Of a stretch of DNA of 51,984 bases, positions 12,033-24,621 are shown in pieces. The position numbers and the translations under genes were made by a program. The notes under the pieces were generated by a model. The model worked only from the letters and a program-made list of their open reading frames with translations, was not told the origin of the DNA and made no database searches. The first letter of the stretch is position 1. Every line of letters starts with the position of its first letter. This DNA comes from Rhodospirillales bacterium (GTDB lineage: Bacteria > Pseudomonadota > Alphaproteobacteria > Bin95), in the NCBI GenBank assembly GCA_038143065.1, contig JAYQLI010000002.1:1-51984 (forward strand). Direction: 5' to 3'.

Positions 12033-12881
12033 ATGAAACGTATTTATGATTTCTCCCGTAAACCGGCCAAGCGCAACTATACAATCTCGGACCTTCAGGC
12101 GCTTAAGCAAAAACCAAAAAAATTGACTATGTCCAATCCAGCCAATGCCGATGAAATACGGGCTTGCAGGGATGCCGGGATAGACTTGTTAGTTGTGGGG
12201 ATGGACCAGATCGATAATGTTCGCGCCATCGCACCAACCCACTTCTGCCGCGTAGGGTCTAGATGGGCGCAGTTTGGTTCGAACGAAGAACTTTTGGCCG
12301 ACGCGTTTGAGGCAATGCGCCGAGGTGGAGATATGTATTATACATTAAGGTCACTTGATGCGCTGGAGATGATGTCACGCGAGGGAATCCCTGTCCAAAG
12401 CCATATTGGATTGATACCGACCTTTAGCCACTACTGCGGCGGTCTGCGCGGATGGGGTCGCAATGCAGATGAGGCTTTGAAAATCTATGAGACGCTGAAA
12501 CGAATGGAAGACGTAGGCGTCATAGCCGTTGAAGCCGAATGCATTGCCGAAGAAGTGTTGGAAGCAGTCAATAAAAAGACATCCATTGTGACTTTCTCAC
12601 TACGCTCCGGTGTGGCCGGAGATGTGATTATGTCATTTGTGGCAGACGTATGTGGTGAGGCCAGTGAAGAAGATCGCCCACCAAAACATGCCCACGCCTT
12701 CGGCAATGTCGGACGTCTGCACAAACAGATCCATAAAGAGCGTGTCGCTGCCCTTAGTCAGTTTCACAGCGAAGTAACTGCAGGCAACTTCCCTTATGCG
12801 CAGACCAACATCTCAATGCATCAAGGAGAAAAAGAAAAATTTCTGGAAAGCCTCGATAAATGGAGCCCGATGCACCAATAA
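12033..12881 (+). CDS. Ketopantoate hydroxymethyltransferase (PanB)-like protein, divergent
   Basis: AGIDLLVVG, GIPVQSHIGLIP, VEAECI and EVTAGNFP follow the PanB pattern. The canonical GDS motif is absent. Confidence 0.8.
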   Translation: MKRIYDFSRKPAKRNYTISDLQALKQKPKKLTMSNPANADEIRACRDAGIDLLVVGMDQIDNVRAIAPTHFCRVGSRWAQFGSNEELLADAFEAMRRGGDMYYTLRSLDALEMMSREGIPVQSHIGLIPTFSHYCGGLRGWGRNADEALKIYETLKRMEDVGVIAVEAECIAEEVLEAVNKKTSIVTFSLRSGVAGDVIMSFVADVCGEASEEDRPPKHAHAFGNVGRLHKQIHKERVAALSQFHSEVTAGNFPYAQTNISMHQGEKEKFLESLDKWSPMHQ

Positions 12882-12897
12882 GTGGTCGTTCGCCAAG

Positions 12898-12988
12898 AGT
12901 GCAGACATTCGCGTGTCGAGCAGCACCGGTCGGTTTGGGCTCTAAACAGCCATTTGCTGCAATTTGAAAGAATGACCGCTTTAGCCCA
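12898..12988. repeat. Palindromic repeat, copy B
   Basis: GCAGACATTCGC...ACCGGTCGGTTT-GGGCTC-TAAACAGCCATTTGCTGC...AATGACCGCTTT. Confidence 0.7.
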
Positions 12989-13020
12989 AGAGAAAAATCT
13001 GAGCCGCTAGGCCATTAAGT

Positions 13021-15059
13021 TTAAAACGTTTGGCAAAGACGTCTAGAGTCCAAAATACTAGCATGGATATTTCGGCTCGCCACCGCATCCCCAACCCTAA
13101 ATAGGTTATGACCTCCATAATTAGATATGCTCGGTTGTGCCTCACCTGCTATCAACGCCGGAATATCAACTATTCCATGGTTTGCCGCGTTGGCCACCAG
13201 CTCATAGTAAAGCTCGTCATTCGGCAATGTGCCGTGTTCGACCACAATATAATCTGCCTTTAATTTATAGGGATGGTCGCCGTAATCAGAGTTAAATTCA
13301 GCTAGTACTCCGTTACCTTCACGGCTGATACTGTTCAACCTGACATCAGGTGTCACCTCAACCTGATGGTCATGAAACGCTTTAATATACATCGGGAAGT
13401 TTGATGCCCCCATTTCATGAACCATGGCGGTCGGGCGTTACCAGCCGCACTTTAAACCTGCGCTTTGCGAGCTCAACTACTGTTGATGCAGCTTGATGCT
13501 GTCCGTGGTCATAAACCAAAACCATCTCTTCACCCGAAGCTATCTTGAGCGCCTCCCCTGACAGCACATCCCATGTTGAGTGCGCCAGTTCACCACCCTT
13601 AATATGCTCAATATCAGGCACACCACCTGTTGCTACCACCACAATATCAGGTTTGAGGGATTGATCATCTCATGATCTGCAAATTGTTGCCAATGGATAT
13701 CAACCCCCAGCCTCATTACCTCACTGCTCAGCCAATCAACAATGCCGATCAGGTCTTTACGTACCTGACTTTTTGCAGCAAGGCGAACTTGTCCCCCTAA
13801 TTCAGAAGACGCTTCGATCAACGTCACGTCGTGCCTCGCAAGGCTGAAACACGGGCCGCTTCTAACCCTGCAGGCCCGCCACCGACAACCACAACCTTTT
13901 TTGCTGTGCCGCTAGATGGTGGAGTGATATGTGGAATACTTCGTTCTCGAGTTGTCGCAACATTATGGATGCACAACATCTCACCTTCATTATAGATGCG
14001 GTCAATACAATATCCTGCCCCCACACAAGGTCGGATTTCTTCGGCGCGGCCCTCTTTAAGTTTATTGACCAAATGCGGATCAGCGATATGCGCACGCGTC
14101 ATGCCCACCAAATCAACCAGCTTTTCTTGGATGGCATATCGCGCGGTTGCAAGGTCAGAGATGCGCGCCGCATGGATGGTTGGCGTTTTTCAGCTCAGCT
14201 TAAACGTCCCCGCCAATTGCAGGAACGGAGCCAGCTCTTTAAACATTGCAGGTACCGGATAATTTGCCAGCATATATTCCGTATCTGACTCCCTACATTT
14301 AGATTGAAATAATCAATCGTACCGTCTGCTTCAATAATCTTCAGGGCTTCTAACGCTTCTTCTTTTTGCAAGCCTTCTGTTAGCTTACTTTCCATTTCAA
14401 CCCGCGCGCCAATCACAAAATCAGTGCCTAATTCCTCTTAACCTTGTCATAAAGTTCACGCAGAAAAAACGCATCCGCCCTATTAAATCGCCGCCATATT
14501 CATCATCACGCAGGTTTGTATCAGGCGACAGAAACTGCCCGGGCAAATGCGCGTTTTGCAAAATCTCAACACCATCAAGCCCTGCGTCACGCATACGGCG
14601 CGCGGCGGCAACATAATCACCAATAACGCGTTTGATATCAGCATGGTCCATCACTTTCGGAAACCCTCGATGGGCAGGTTCACGCACGCGTGAAGGTGCA
14701 ATCACTGGCAGCCAATCGCCGTCATTCCACGTTGTTCGGCGTCCCAAATGCGAAATTTGGCACACAATACGGCAATCTTCTTTATGGATGCGTTCAGTAA
14801 ATTCTCTAAAATAAGGGATTATCCGATCAGATGACACATCTAGCTGACCGAAGACAGAAGGTGAGTCAGGGCTCACGCAAGATGACCCACCTATCATCGT
14901 CATCCCGATCCCGCCTTTGGCTTTTTCCAAATGGTAACGTTGATATCGCTCTTTTGGCATACCATCTTCTGCTAATGCAGGCGCATGGCACGTGCTGACA
15001 ATACGATTTTTAAGAGTCATCGCCCCCAATTGAAACGGCAATAAAAGCGGGTCTGACAT
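13021..15059 (-). CDS. NADH:flavin oxidoreductase (old yellow enzyme plus FAD domain; N-methylproline demethylase-like), multiple frameshifts
   Basis: LKNRIVST, AKGGIG, QISHLGRR, AGLDGVE, NLRDDEYGG, RPCVGAGYC Fe-S motif, VVVVGGGPAGLEAAR and VGDAVASRNIH. Confidence 0.9.
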
Positions 15060-15424
15060 GGCATACTCTCAATTGAAAATTTGAGTTCAAGTATTCGCAA
15101 ATATGAATTTAGACGGTGCACGAATGCGCCCTTTTAAGGCTAAACCACCTTAAATTTTTGTCAATTGTCTAGCCCCTATACTCGCCCAGTCATTTTAAGT
15201 CGGTTGTACTAAGTAAGAATTACTGTTTTTTGTTCAGGCATAGCTACACACAGGTTTGTGGAGCCAGGAAAGTCCAGTGAAAAGAATTTTTCATGACAGC
15301 AGAGCTCTGTCGGAAGTCATAATTTTGGGTGCGTCTTGTAGCTCTACTTTAAAAAACCAAAGAACGAAAAAAGAACTTTACTCTTTAGCTCTCGGCAGGC
15401 AGAGCGTGTTTTCGCGCTCATGGA

Positions 15425-15491
15425 CCCAAAGGTCAGCGTTGCGGACAAAGTTACCCTTTGATGGAATACTTTGAATGTCCGCTCTTGCGCA
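15425..15491. repeat. Palindromic repeat, copy C
   Basis: AAGGTCAGCGTT-GCGGAC-AAAGTTACCCTT...AATGTCCGCTCT. The CCAAAGGTC...TGCGGACAAAG block is shared with copy A. Confidence 0.7.
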
Positions 15492-15659
15492 AAATCTTAG
15501 TCGGGAAATGTGACGAGAGTTAATCCGGCACTTCAAGCGCCCAAACGTTCATATTATTCAGTCGCAATTTACGTGAAACTTGGTAAACATTAGTTAAGGC
15601 TATACCTAGCTTTGCGATCCAATTAGGTTAAAAAAAAGAACGATAAAGGGAACTTTGAT

Positions 15660-16390
15660 ATGTCGAGCCAGTACGGTGGGAAACCGATCTTCGGTGCCAC
15701 TTAGGCATATTGATGCTTGAGGCGCGTTTCCCACGCATTCGTGGGGATATTGGCAACGCCACGACTTGGCCGTTTCCAGTACAGTTTCGTGTTGTAAAAG
15801 GCGCGAGCCCTGACAAAATCGTGCGGCATGACCCAATGGCTATGGTAGATCGTTTTATCGAGGCGGCAAAAGACCTGGTTGAATCCGGCTGTGACGGGAT
15901 CACCACCAATTGCGGCTTCCTTGCCCTCACACAGGAACGGATTTCCAGCGCGCTGTCAGTGCCAGTAGCCACGTCATCGCTCATGCAAATCCCAATGGTT
16001 CAAGCGTTGCTGCCGCCAAATAAGAAGGTTGTTGTTCTTACGATTTCAAAGAAATCACTAACGGATGATCATCTGCGCGCTGCAGGAATTTCAGACCCTA
16101 GATCTGTCCCAATATTTGGGACTGATAATGGGCGTGCGTTCACCAGATGCATTCTGGACGACTACGAAGAGATCAACTTTGGAGCATTGCCGGCTAGATA
16201 TGCTGGACGCCGCCCGTGAAATTGTTGAAACGGACCGTGAGATTGAGCCATTGTTTTGGAATGCACCAATATGACACCCTACGCATATGACGTTAGAAAG
16301 ATGACGGGGTTGCTGTCTTTTCGATCTATTCATTCTTAAACTGGTTTCACGAAGGCCCGTGCCGGACCGGATTTCAGTTGGAATTGATGA
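15660..16390 (+). CDS. Aspartate/glutamate racemase family protein (frameshifted)
   Basis: LGILMLEARFPRIRGDIGNATTWPFPV and ITTNCGFL. The second Cys motif LECTNM is readable across the frameshift. Confidence 0.85.
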
Positions 16391-16431
16391 CCTGCGTGCC
16401 GGGCTTTTCTAAGGTCAATCCACCGGTTTAC

Positions 16432-18156
16432 TCAAAAAAGGGTATGTTTTTCCTTCGCCGCGCGCACCCAATTGGGCACAAAGGGCACAATCTGATCTTG
16501 CGATGGCACCACGACCTCGATAAAATTTGCGCCCGGATTGTTGATTGCTTCGCCAAGTATCGTCTCAATGCCGCTTTCCGAAGTGATGCGTGCAGTTTTG
16601 AAACCAAAGCCCTCCGCAACCTTAATGTAATCGACAGCCCCGAAATCAGTACTCCATGGTTCGTCCACCTCATCCAGCAGGATCGCTTCGCCACGAATCC
16701 AGCCAAATGTATCGTTGCGACACAAAATAATGGTGACGTTCTTTTCCGCTCCGCTTGATCGCTTCCATGTCTCCAACGACAAAACCGAACGACCCATCCC
16801 CTGTGAAAGAAATGATTGGGCCGTCAGATGCAAATGAGGCGCCAATCCCTGCTGGCACGGAATATCCAAGCGCGCCCATGGAATAGTTGGTGATGTAGCG
16901 CCGGCCGGGTTCTTTGATGGTCAGCAAGGCCGAAGGGTAAATAGCACTGACACCCGGTTCCGAAGTCACAATAGCGTCCTTGGGTAAAATGCGGTCCAGA
17001 ACTTGGGAAAGTCTCACCGGGGAAATCGTCCCTTTCGGCATCGGAATGTTGGATTTGAACACCTTTTCCAATGCGGTTTTTTTAACCGGGTTAAGGTCGA
17101 CTTGTTTCCGGTTCAACGAGGGTTGTTCTGTTTTGATAATTTCAACCATATATTCAAGGCTCGCCCGCGCGTCGCCGACCATGCCAACGGCCAATGGGAA
17201 ATTGTTCCTCAAGTGGGCTTCGGCAATATCCAGATGAAGAAAAGTCTTTAACATTGGATCGCCGTACAGTTTCCAATGGTCCGTTGCCGCGCTGTCTGTG
17301 TTAGAACCCACAAAGAAGATTGTATCGGCATCCCGTACATAGGCGTTAGAATACCCCATTCCGCCACGGCCGCCGACGACCCTAAGGGCTAGTGGATGAT
17401 TTTCGGGGATGGTCCCTTTGCTCGGTGTGGTCGTACCGACAGGATTTGCAGCAACTCGGCCAATGCGAGAACCGCATTTGTAGCCCTGGAAATCAGCGCG
17501 CCTTGACCACAAACGATGACCGGCTTTTCGGCCTTAATCAGCAGGTCGATCGCGCGCCTGATTTTGCTGTGATCAGCTACCGGTCGGTGGGCTGGGTACC
17601 TAATATAATCTAACTCAGCGTAAAGATCATCAATTTCCGTACTTTCCTCAAAAATGTTAATTGGAACTCGGATGTGAACCGGCGCGGGTCGCTCCGCTGG
17701 TGGCCAACCCGAAACGCGCGGCGCATTAGGAACGGAATTTCTCTAACATTTGTCAGTGTGAAAGATTTTTTGCAGATACTGTCATAAAGAGCAGTCTGAT
17801 CAATTCCAGTTAGCCCGTGCTTTTGTCTTGATTGATCGGTATATCCGAACTGAAATAGATCACTGGTACAGAACTTAAGAAGGCCTCTGTAATGCCAGGT
17901 GCAATGCGTAACCCCAGGACTAGGGGCTTCCAAAACGCACGGTCGTCCGGTGATTTTTGCGTAAGCTTCGGCGGCATAGAAGCGGTTCTTTCGTCTCTGG
18001 TCAGAACAAACTCAATATCTGAGCTTTCGCGCCAATATTTGTACCAACCAATTGTCGTTTCACCAGGTAGCCCGAACACATGTTTGATTTCATGGAGTTC
18101 CAGCATTCTTAGGATGATCTGCGCCCGTTAAGTGTTTCAATGTTTTTTGAACTCAT
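16432..18156 (-). CDS. Thiamine-pyrophosphate-dependent enzyme, acetolactate synthase-like (multiple frameshifts)
   Basis: VFGLPGET, RDER, SPG, MGALGYSVPAGIGA and the GDGSF...N TPP-binding motif. Confidence 0.9.
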
Positions 18157-18183
18157 GATTGCCTCTGTCTTAGATCGATGGCG

Positions 18184-19183
18184 TCACCCACTTGGATCGT
18201 CTGGTGATCTGAATTGCGATCCATTATGATGAACATTGGTTCGCCGCTGTTTTGTTTTCTGGGGCTGGGTTGATTTTTGTGACAAGGCTCGCCGCATTAT
18301 CAAGGGGGTCAAATACATCGGTATCTGGTAGCACCCAATAAAACAACATCGCATGCTGCATGACATCTTCTTGCAGCGCGATCAAGAACAGCGCTATGTT
18401 GCGGTTCCCGGCAATAACGGTAACTGAAACTGTTTCTTTGATCTGCAACTTTCGGAAAAGCGCCAGGGCGCAAAACTGCAAACTTAGGTTCAATGCCATG
18501 ACAGCAGCGACCCAAATCAGCGTTGTTCCAATCGACGACCTTAAGAGTGGTCCAAAGTTCGACATCAGTCCAATTACGATGATGAACAAAAGCAGCGATG
18601 ATAACCCGTCACACCGGGTGTTTAGTGAAACGCTGTCAAATCTGGTGCTAAATATCCGTCGCGCGACAGCGCCGGCAACAACAACCAGAAAGATCGTTGC
18701 TGCCAGGCGTATCGTTGCCGACAGCGCTTCTGGTGCGTCAATCTCGGGCATGGCCCAAAGTACGATCAACGCGGTCAGCGGGAAAAACAATGTTCCAACC
18801 ACCAGGATGCGCATCGCGTCTGTCGGGTCGCGCCCGGCCATCGAAACGAAATTCGGGGCCCCTGTTAGGGCTGGTGCTGACATCATCAGGACGGCTGCGA
18901 AGGCAAAGGGTGTCGCAGTGGTTCCTGTCAGCGTGAACACCCCAAGCGCACAAAGTGGCAACACTAGTTGAAGCGATATAACAATCGCAGCGGTTCTCGC
19001 GAGACTACCCTTAAGGCTTTTCTTGATCCGTTCGCCCGTACGAAATGCATTCAGGAACAACAACGCCGCAACTAGATATCCAACCATCGGCAATATTTTT
19101 GCGGCCAGAATGGGCAAGCCAGCACCGGCAATCAATCCGGCGACCAGTACGAACCGACCATTTTGAGCGAGCTTGCTTAGCAT
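18184..19183 (-). CDS. Bile acid:sodium symporter-like membrane protein
   Basis: About 10 TM helices with APALTGAP and GNRNIALF motifs. The C-terminus is frameshifted. Confidence 0.65.
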
Positions 19184-19217
19184 TGTTTGCCGTCAACCGG
19201 GACCATTTCGTATATTA

Positions 19218-20501
19218 TTAGGGAAGCCAGGTCGCGATGTCCGGGAACAGGATCAGGACGAAAACCATCAGGATCATGATCAAAAACATCGGAATGGCCG
19301 CTTTGGCGATGAAAGACATTTCGTGATTTGTCATCCCTTGCAAAACAAACAGGTTGAACCCAATCGGCGGGGTGATCTGGGCCATTTCAACAACCACAAC
19401 GATGAAGATACCGAACCAGATAAGGTCGATACCGGCCTCACGGATCATCGGTTCAACCACGGCCATGGTCAAAACAACCGAAGAAATCCCGTCCAGAAAG
19501 CAACCCAGAATTATATAGAAAACAAGCAGCACCATCAGCAATTCAAAACGGGTCAGTTGCCATTGCGCGATCAGGTCCGCAAGACCGCGCGGCAGACCGG
19601 TAAAGCCCATGGAAAGCGAAAGAAAGGATGCACCAGCAAGGATAAGCGCAATCATAGCACTTGTGCGTGTTGCGCCCATCAGGCTTTGGGAAAACGTTGA
19701 CCAAGAAAGGCTGCCTTGTGTTGCTGCCAACAATAGGCTGCCAATAACACCAAATGCGGCCGCCTCGGTTGCAGTAGCAAATCCAAGATACATGGACCCA
19801 ATGACCACCGTAATCAGCAGAAGAACCGGGATCAAAAACCGCGAATTTTTCAGTTTTTCGCTAAAGTGCATGCGTGGCTCTTCTTCGGGCTCCCATTTTG
19901 AAGAAACCTGGGAATAGATCGCAACATACCCCATAAACATGGCGGCCAGGATCAATCCCGGCAAAATGCCCGCGAAAAACAGTTTGGTGATGCTTTCGTT
20001 TATAGTGACCCCGTAGACAATCAGCGTTAGCGATGGCGGGATCATCAGCCCAAGCGTGGCGGCGCCCGCAAGCGTGCCAATTATCATCGTTTCAGGATAC
20101 TTTCGACGTCGTAGTTCTGGGATCGACATCTTACCAACGGTGGTCAACGTCGCCGCGGATGATCCGGAAACGGCGGCAAAAACGGTACAACCAACGATGT
20201 TGGTATGGACCAGACCACCCGGCAGCCGCGCCATCCAGGGACTCAGACCACGGAACATATCCTCAGACAGTCGCGTTCGAAACAGGATTTCCCCCATCCA
20301 AATGAACAACGGCAATGCGGTCAATGTCCAACTTGAGGACGCTGACCAAATCGTCGTTAACATTACATCTCCCACAGGGCGCGTAAAAAGCTCCATCCCC
20401 ACCCAGGCAACGCCCATAAGAGCCAGCCCTACCCAAACGCCAGTGCCAAGCAGCGTGAAAAGCACAAAGAGGAAAAGGATTATTATCGAGAGGTTTTCCA
20501 T
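19218..20501 (-). CDS. dctM: TRAP transporter large permease
   Basis: ALPLFIWMG, FAAVSGSS, LGLMIPPS, TATEAAA and ITPPIGFNLFV motifs. Confidence 0.95.
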   Translation of the reverse strand: MENLSIIILFLFVLFTLLGTGVWVGLALMGVAWVGMELFTRPVGDVMLTTIWSASSSWTLTALPLFIWMGEILFRTRLSEDMFRGLSPWMARLPGGLVHTNIVGCTVFAAVSGSSAATLTTVGKMSIPELRRRKYPETMIIGTLAGAATLGLMIPPSLTLIVYGVTINESITKLFFAGILPGLILAAMFMGYVAIYSQVSSKWEPEEEPRMHFSEKLKNSRFLIPVLLLITVVIGSMYLGFATATEAAAFGVIGSLLLAATQGSLSWSTFSQSLMGATRTSAMIALILAGASFLSLSMGFTGLPRGLADLIAQWQLTRFELLMVLLVFYIILGCFLDGISSVVLTMAVVEPMIREAGIDLIWFGIFIVVVVEMAQITPPIGFNLFVLQGMTNHEMSFIAKAAIPMFLIMILMVFVLILFPDIATWLP

Positions 20502-20505
20502 GCAC

Positions 20506-21039
20506 CTACTCCCTGTGGTTTTGGTCGGCGAGATCGCGCGTAATGCGGTGATCCCCTTTTAGAATTATGTGGATCAGGTGATCGGTTAGGGCGATAGCAA
20601 GGATGACGGCGCCAACCAACATGGCAGTTTGGGGAATCCAAAGTGGAGTTTTGTCCTGTCCTTGACTGATATCGTTGAATTTGTACGACCAGTAAACGAA
20701 CCGATAGGCGTAATAGACAAAGTACCACATCACCGCTGTACCAATGCCGAAACACCAAACCTCAAGCAACCGCCGAACACTTGGTGGCACAGCATTCAAA
20801 ACGATTGATACCCTGATATGGCTTCCCCTGTTCAGCGCATTGGCGAATGCAAGAAAGCTGGCCGCCGCCATAAAGTAACCGGCATATTCAGGAATTCCGG
20901 GGGCAACTTCGCCGGTCCAGCGGGCCAGCATCTGCAAGACGATCAAAAGGAGGATCATAACAAGACAAAGCGAAGCTGCGATGCCGGCCAAAAGATAAAT
21001 GTTATCAAGTGCTCGACGAAACCAGTGTTGCTTGGTCAT
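20506..21039 (-). CDS. dctQ: TRAP transporter small permease
   Basis: Four TM helices, GSHIRV and PLWIPQ. The likely start is the ATG at 21039 (MTKQHW). Confidence 0.9.
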   Translation of the reverse strand: MTKQHWFRRALDNIYLLAGIAASLCLVMILLLIVLQMLARWTGEVAPGIPEYAGYFMAAASFLAFANALNRGSHIRVSIVLNAVPPSVRRLLEVWCFGIGTAVMWYFVYYAYRFVYWSYKFNDISQGQDKTPLWIPQTAMLVGAVILAIALTDHLIHIILKGDHRITRDLADQNHRE

Positions 21040-21136
21040 TGCGTCCCCCGGGGTTTGCAGGTTGGGTCTGCCCCACAGAATTTGCAGGACAGATCGTGTT
21101 TGGATTCCAGCCGCGCTAGGGCGACCGGTGTTGGTT

Positions 21137-22110
21137 TTACTGCATTGCCTTGAAGGCATCGACGATGGCTGCGCCTTCGTCTCCTGCGGCTTCGAGCCAT
21201 TCATTGGTGATCGTGGCGCCGATTTCCTTAAGTTCACCGACCATCTGGTCAGACGCCGGTCCAACAGTCATACCGCCATTTCGCAGACCTTGCAGGGTAA
21301 AGCCGGTGTATTCCTTGAGCGCCAGTTGCCTGCATATTCAGCAAGCGAGGCACAGCCGCGGATCACGCCCTTGCTGGCGTCTGAAACATCATCCCAAACG
21401 CCCGAGTTCACCATAACATAGTTCCGAGGCAGCCATGCATCGACTTCGTAAAAGTAATTCAGGCTTTCCCAAACCTTGCGGTCGTATCCTGTGGAGCCAG
21501 ACGAAACCATGGGATCTGCCACGCCAGTCGCGAAAGCTTGACTGATTTCAGCCGCTTCAATGGTCACTGGAAGCATGCCTGTCAACTCTGCCAAACGCGA
21601 GGTTGCGTTGTTGTAGCTCCGGAATTTGATGCCTTTCATGTCGGCAACCGATGTAACTTCGTTCTTAAAGTACAGCCCCTGTGGCGGCCATGGCACTGCA
21701 TATAGCAGGGTCAAACCTTGACCCGCTAATAGATCGGTGATTGGGCCCTTCGCTGCATCCCAAAGTTTCGCACTGGCATCGAACGAAGTCGCAAGGAACG
21801 GAATACTATCAAATCCGAACAGTGCGTTTTCGTTCTGGTGGCCAGACAGCAGACGTTCACCAATCGGAACTTGCCCGGTCTGGATTGCCCGTTTGATTTG
21901 GGCGCCAGGAAATAGCGATCCACCGGGGTGGGTCACGATCTCAATATCGCCGCCAGTCCCAGTTGTGACACAAGACGCAAATTCAGCGCCCACAGCGGAA
22001 TGGAAGTTCGATGCAGAATACGCCATTGGCATATCCCATTTTTCAGCCGTCGCGGCTGTTCCGACCACTGTCAAAGCAGTGGCGGCGAGAAATGTACTAA
22101 GTGTCTTCAT
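21137..22110 (-). CDS. dctP: TRAP transporter substrate-binding protein (frameshift near 21310)
   Basis: Signal peptide, HPGGSL, DMKGIKFR. Upstream of dctQ and dctM. Confidence 0.92.
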
Positions 22111-22163
22111 GGGTTCCTCCTAGTTGCAAAAAAATTCTGCGTCGTTTCGTGGTCCATTATTGT

Positions 22164-23405
22164 TTAACTTCCCGTGAAACGTGCAGGCGAATACGGGTTC
22201 ATGTCAATGTTTGGCTGGCGCTGGCTGATAAGTTGAGAAATCAACCGCCCGTTTTTGGCCCACCCGTTAGGCCAACGTGATCATGCCCGAAGGCAAGAAA
22301 TGCTCCTTTCACCGCTGGGGCCTCACCGATAATCGGCGTTGAGTCTGCCACAGCTGGACGATGCCCCATCCATTCTGTTTTTTCTTTCCATGTGATGCCC
22401 GGTAGGTCGCGCGAATGTTCTTTTTCCAACAACTCAAACGGTGCGCGCGACGGTGGCGCATCCAAGCCTCCGAATTCAACGACCCCGGCAAGCCGCAAAC
22501 GTCCGTCCATTGGGGTTGCGACAAATTTTCCACTGGCCACCATGGCGGGGGATCGCGGCATAACGTTCGGTTCCCACAACTCCAGGTGATAACCGCGTTC
22601 GGTTTCTAACGGCACTTTAACGCCAAGCTTTTTGGCCAGCGGCCCAGACCAAACGCCGGTCGCAAGGATGGTGGCATCACATTCAACAGTTTCGCCACCG
22701 ACGCGAACGCCGATTACTTTGCCGTTTTCTCGCGCGATGTCTGATACTTCACCCTTCAGGAACATGCCGCCTTTCGCTTCAAAATGTGCCGCTAGGGCAT
22801 TGACGTAAGCGCCCGGATCGGAGATGCGTCCGTGATCCGGACAAAGGGCTGCGCAATTCAGCGACTGCGCAAACGCCGGATCATAGTCATGAAATTCCCG
22901 ACCCTCAAGCATGTTCCAGTTGAACCCATACTCCTTTCGCAGCCCCATCCAAAAGCATCAGCGTCATAATGCGCACGGTCGCGGTAGATGAATAAATAAT
23001 CCGAAGGCACGATGTATTTTCCGCCCCGTTGCCGTCGCAAGTGCCTTATGATCGTTGACGCTGTCACCAATAATTTGGGTCATTGCGGCGGCGCGGGCCC
23101 GACGCGCATCAGCATTGGCGTTGCCGATGAATTTCAACAGATAAGGCGCCAGTTTCGGCAGATACCCCCATTTCAAGAACAGTGGTTGGTTCCGATCAAA
23201 CAGCATCCGAGGCGCTGAACGCATCAGGCCGGGGTCGAAACGGGGACAATTGAACAAGACGCCAGAACACCGCCGTTGCCATAAGATGTTCCGGCTGCAG
23301 GACCTCGCGGTCGATCAGGATCACTTTGTGCCCGTCCCTCTTCGCCCAAATTGCCGCGGAAACGCCGACAATCCCTGCTCCAATAATTACGACGGTCTTT
23401 GTCAT
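22164..23405 (-). CDS. FAD-dependent oxidoreductase, D-amino acid dehydrogenase (DadA-like), frameshifted
   Basis: IIGAGIVG Rossmann motif, ERGYH, RLAGVVEF, WMGHRP..DSTPIIG and AFGHDHVGLT. Confidence 0.9.
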
Positions 23406-24528
23406 GTCGCCCGCGCCATTTGGCTTAGCCGGTCAACATCTGGTGTCAAACCTAAACCCGGTGTGCGCTTGGAACAACAACGCGGCCATTCTTAACTGGA
23501 AACGGATCACTCAGGATGTCCTGCTTTACGTAGTAAGTTGCGTGATAAAATTCGCAGCCAAGCGTAATTTCGGGCGTCGCTGCAACCATATGTGTTCCAG
23601 CCAAATGGGCCAGTCCGGTTTCATGCATGTCCCCGCCGTACGCCATCCAACCATGGCTCTTGGCCATTTTCGCGGTTGCTTGAGCGCGGGTTAGACCGCC
23701 CGATTTCATGATCTTTATCGAAACCCCGTCTGCGATCCCTTCGTGCGCCGCCCGCACCATATCCTCGGGTCCAAATACGCTTTCGTCAGCCAGTAATGGT
23801 ACTGGGCAGACAGACCGAATTTTGGTCATCAGTTCGAAGTGGTGCGCACGAACTGGCTGTTCAATGAAATCCGGTTGAAACGCCGCTAGGTCCAACACCC
23901 GTTGGATCGCCTCGTCAATTTCAAGACCTTGATTGTAGTCAACTCGAAGCGAAAACTCAGGAAAATCATTTCGAATTTTTTCACAGCGCATTATGTCAAA
24001 CGCGTGGTCCTTGAAACCTGTTTTTAGTTTAACCATTCGGACTCCTTCGTCGCGAATGCGTTCCATTAGCGCGATATCATCATCGAACTCCGGGTTGGCA
24101 ATTGAGACAGACAGCGCAACGTCGTCACGAACTTTCCCGCCCAGCAACGCCCAAACAGGTAAACCAGCAATACGACCCTCAAGGTCTAGAAGGGCGGAGT
24201 CCAGCGCTGACTTCGCTTCGGTTGCGTGCGCCACCACGTACTTGGCGGCCTCCATGATTGATCCGCGTTGAGAAATCTTTTTCCCGACAACGATGGGCCG
24301 TAAATATCGGTCAAGCGCTGCAACGCTGGCCTCGGGCGATCCGGTGAAAACCGACCAGCATGACGCCTCGCCCCATCCTTGGGTCCCGTCCTCTGCCGTC
24401 AACCGCAGGACGACAACCTCAAAGCCACCTTCGATGGCGCCAATGCCATGATCGCGCCGCGAAACAACAGGCACATCCAAGTGCCAGAAGTCATATCCAA
24501 CTATTTTTTGATCGATATCTGCCAACAC
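23402..24528 (-). CDS. Enolase-superfamily enzyme, muconate lactonizing enzyme/racemase subgroup
   Basis: GWGEA, catalytic KLK, metal ligands [18 protein letters not shown]. The C-terminus is frameshifted. Confidence 0.9.
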
Positions 24529-24621
24529 GCCCCCCGGATATCCATAGCTTGACAGGGCAGCACTATCATTTCAAATATAAATAATTTGCAACCTCATAAT
24601 AAAAAGTGATACTTTTGGTTC

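Noticed and set aside
18360-21421. Long + strand ORFs opposite the symporter and TRAP genes
   Set aside because: Antisense shadows of well-supported membrane protein genes, with no motifs or RBS.
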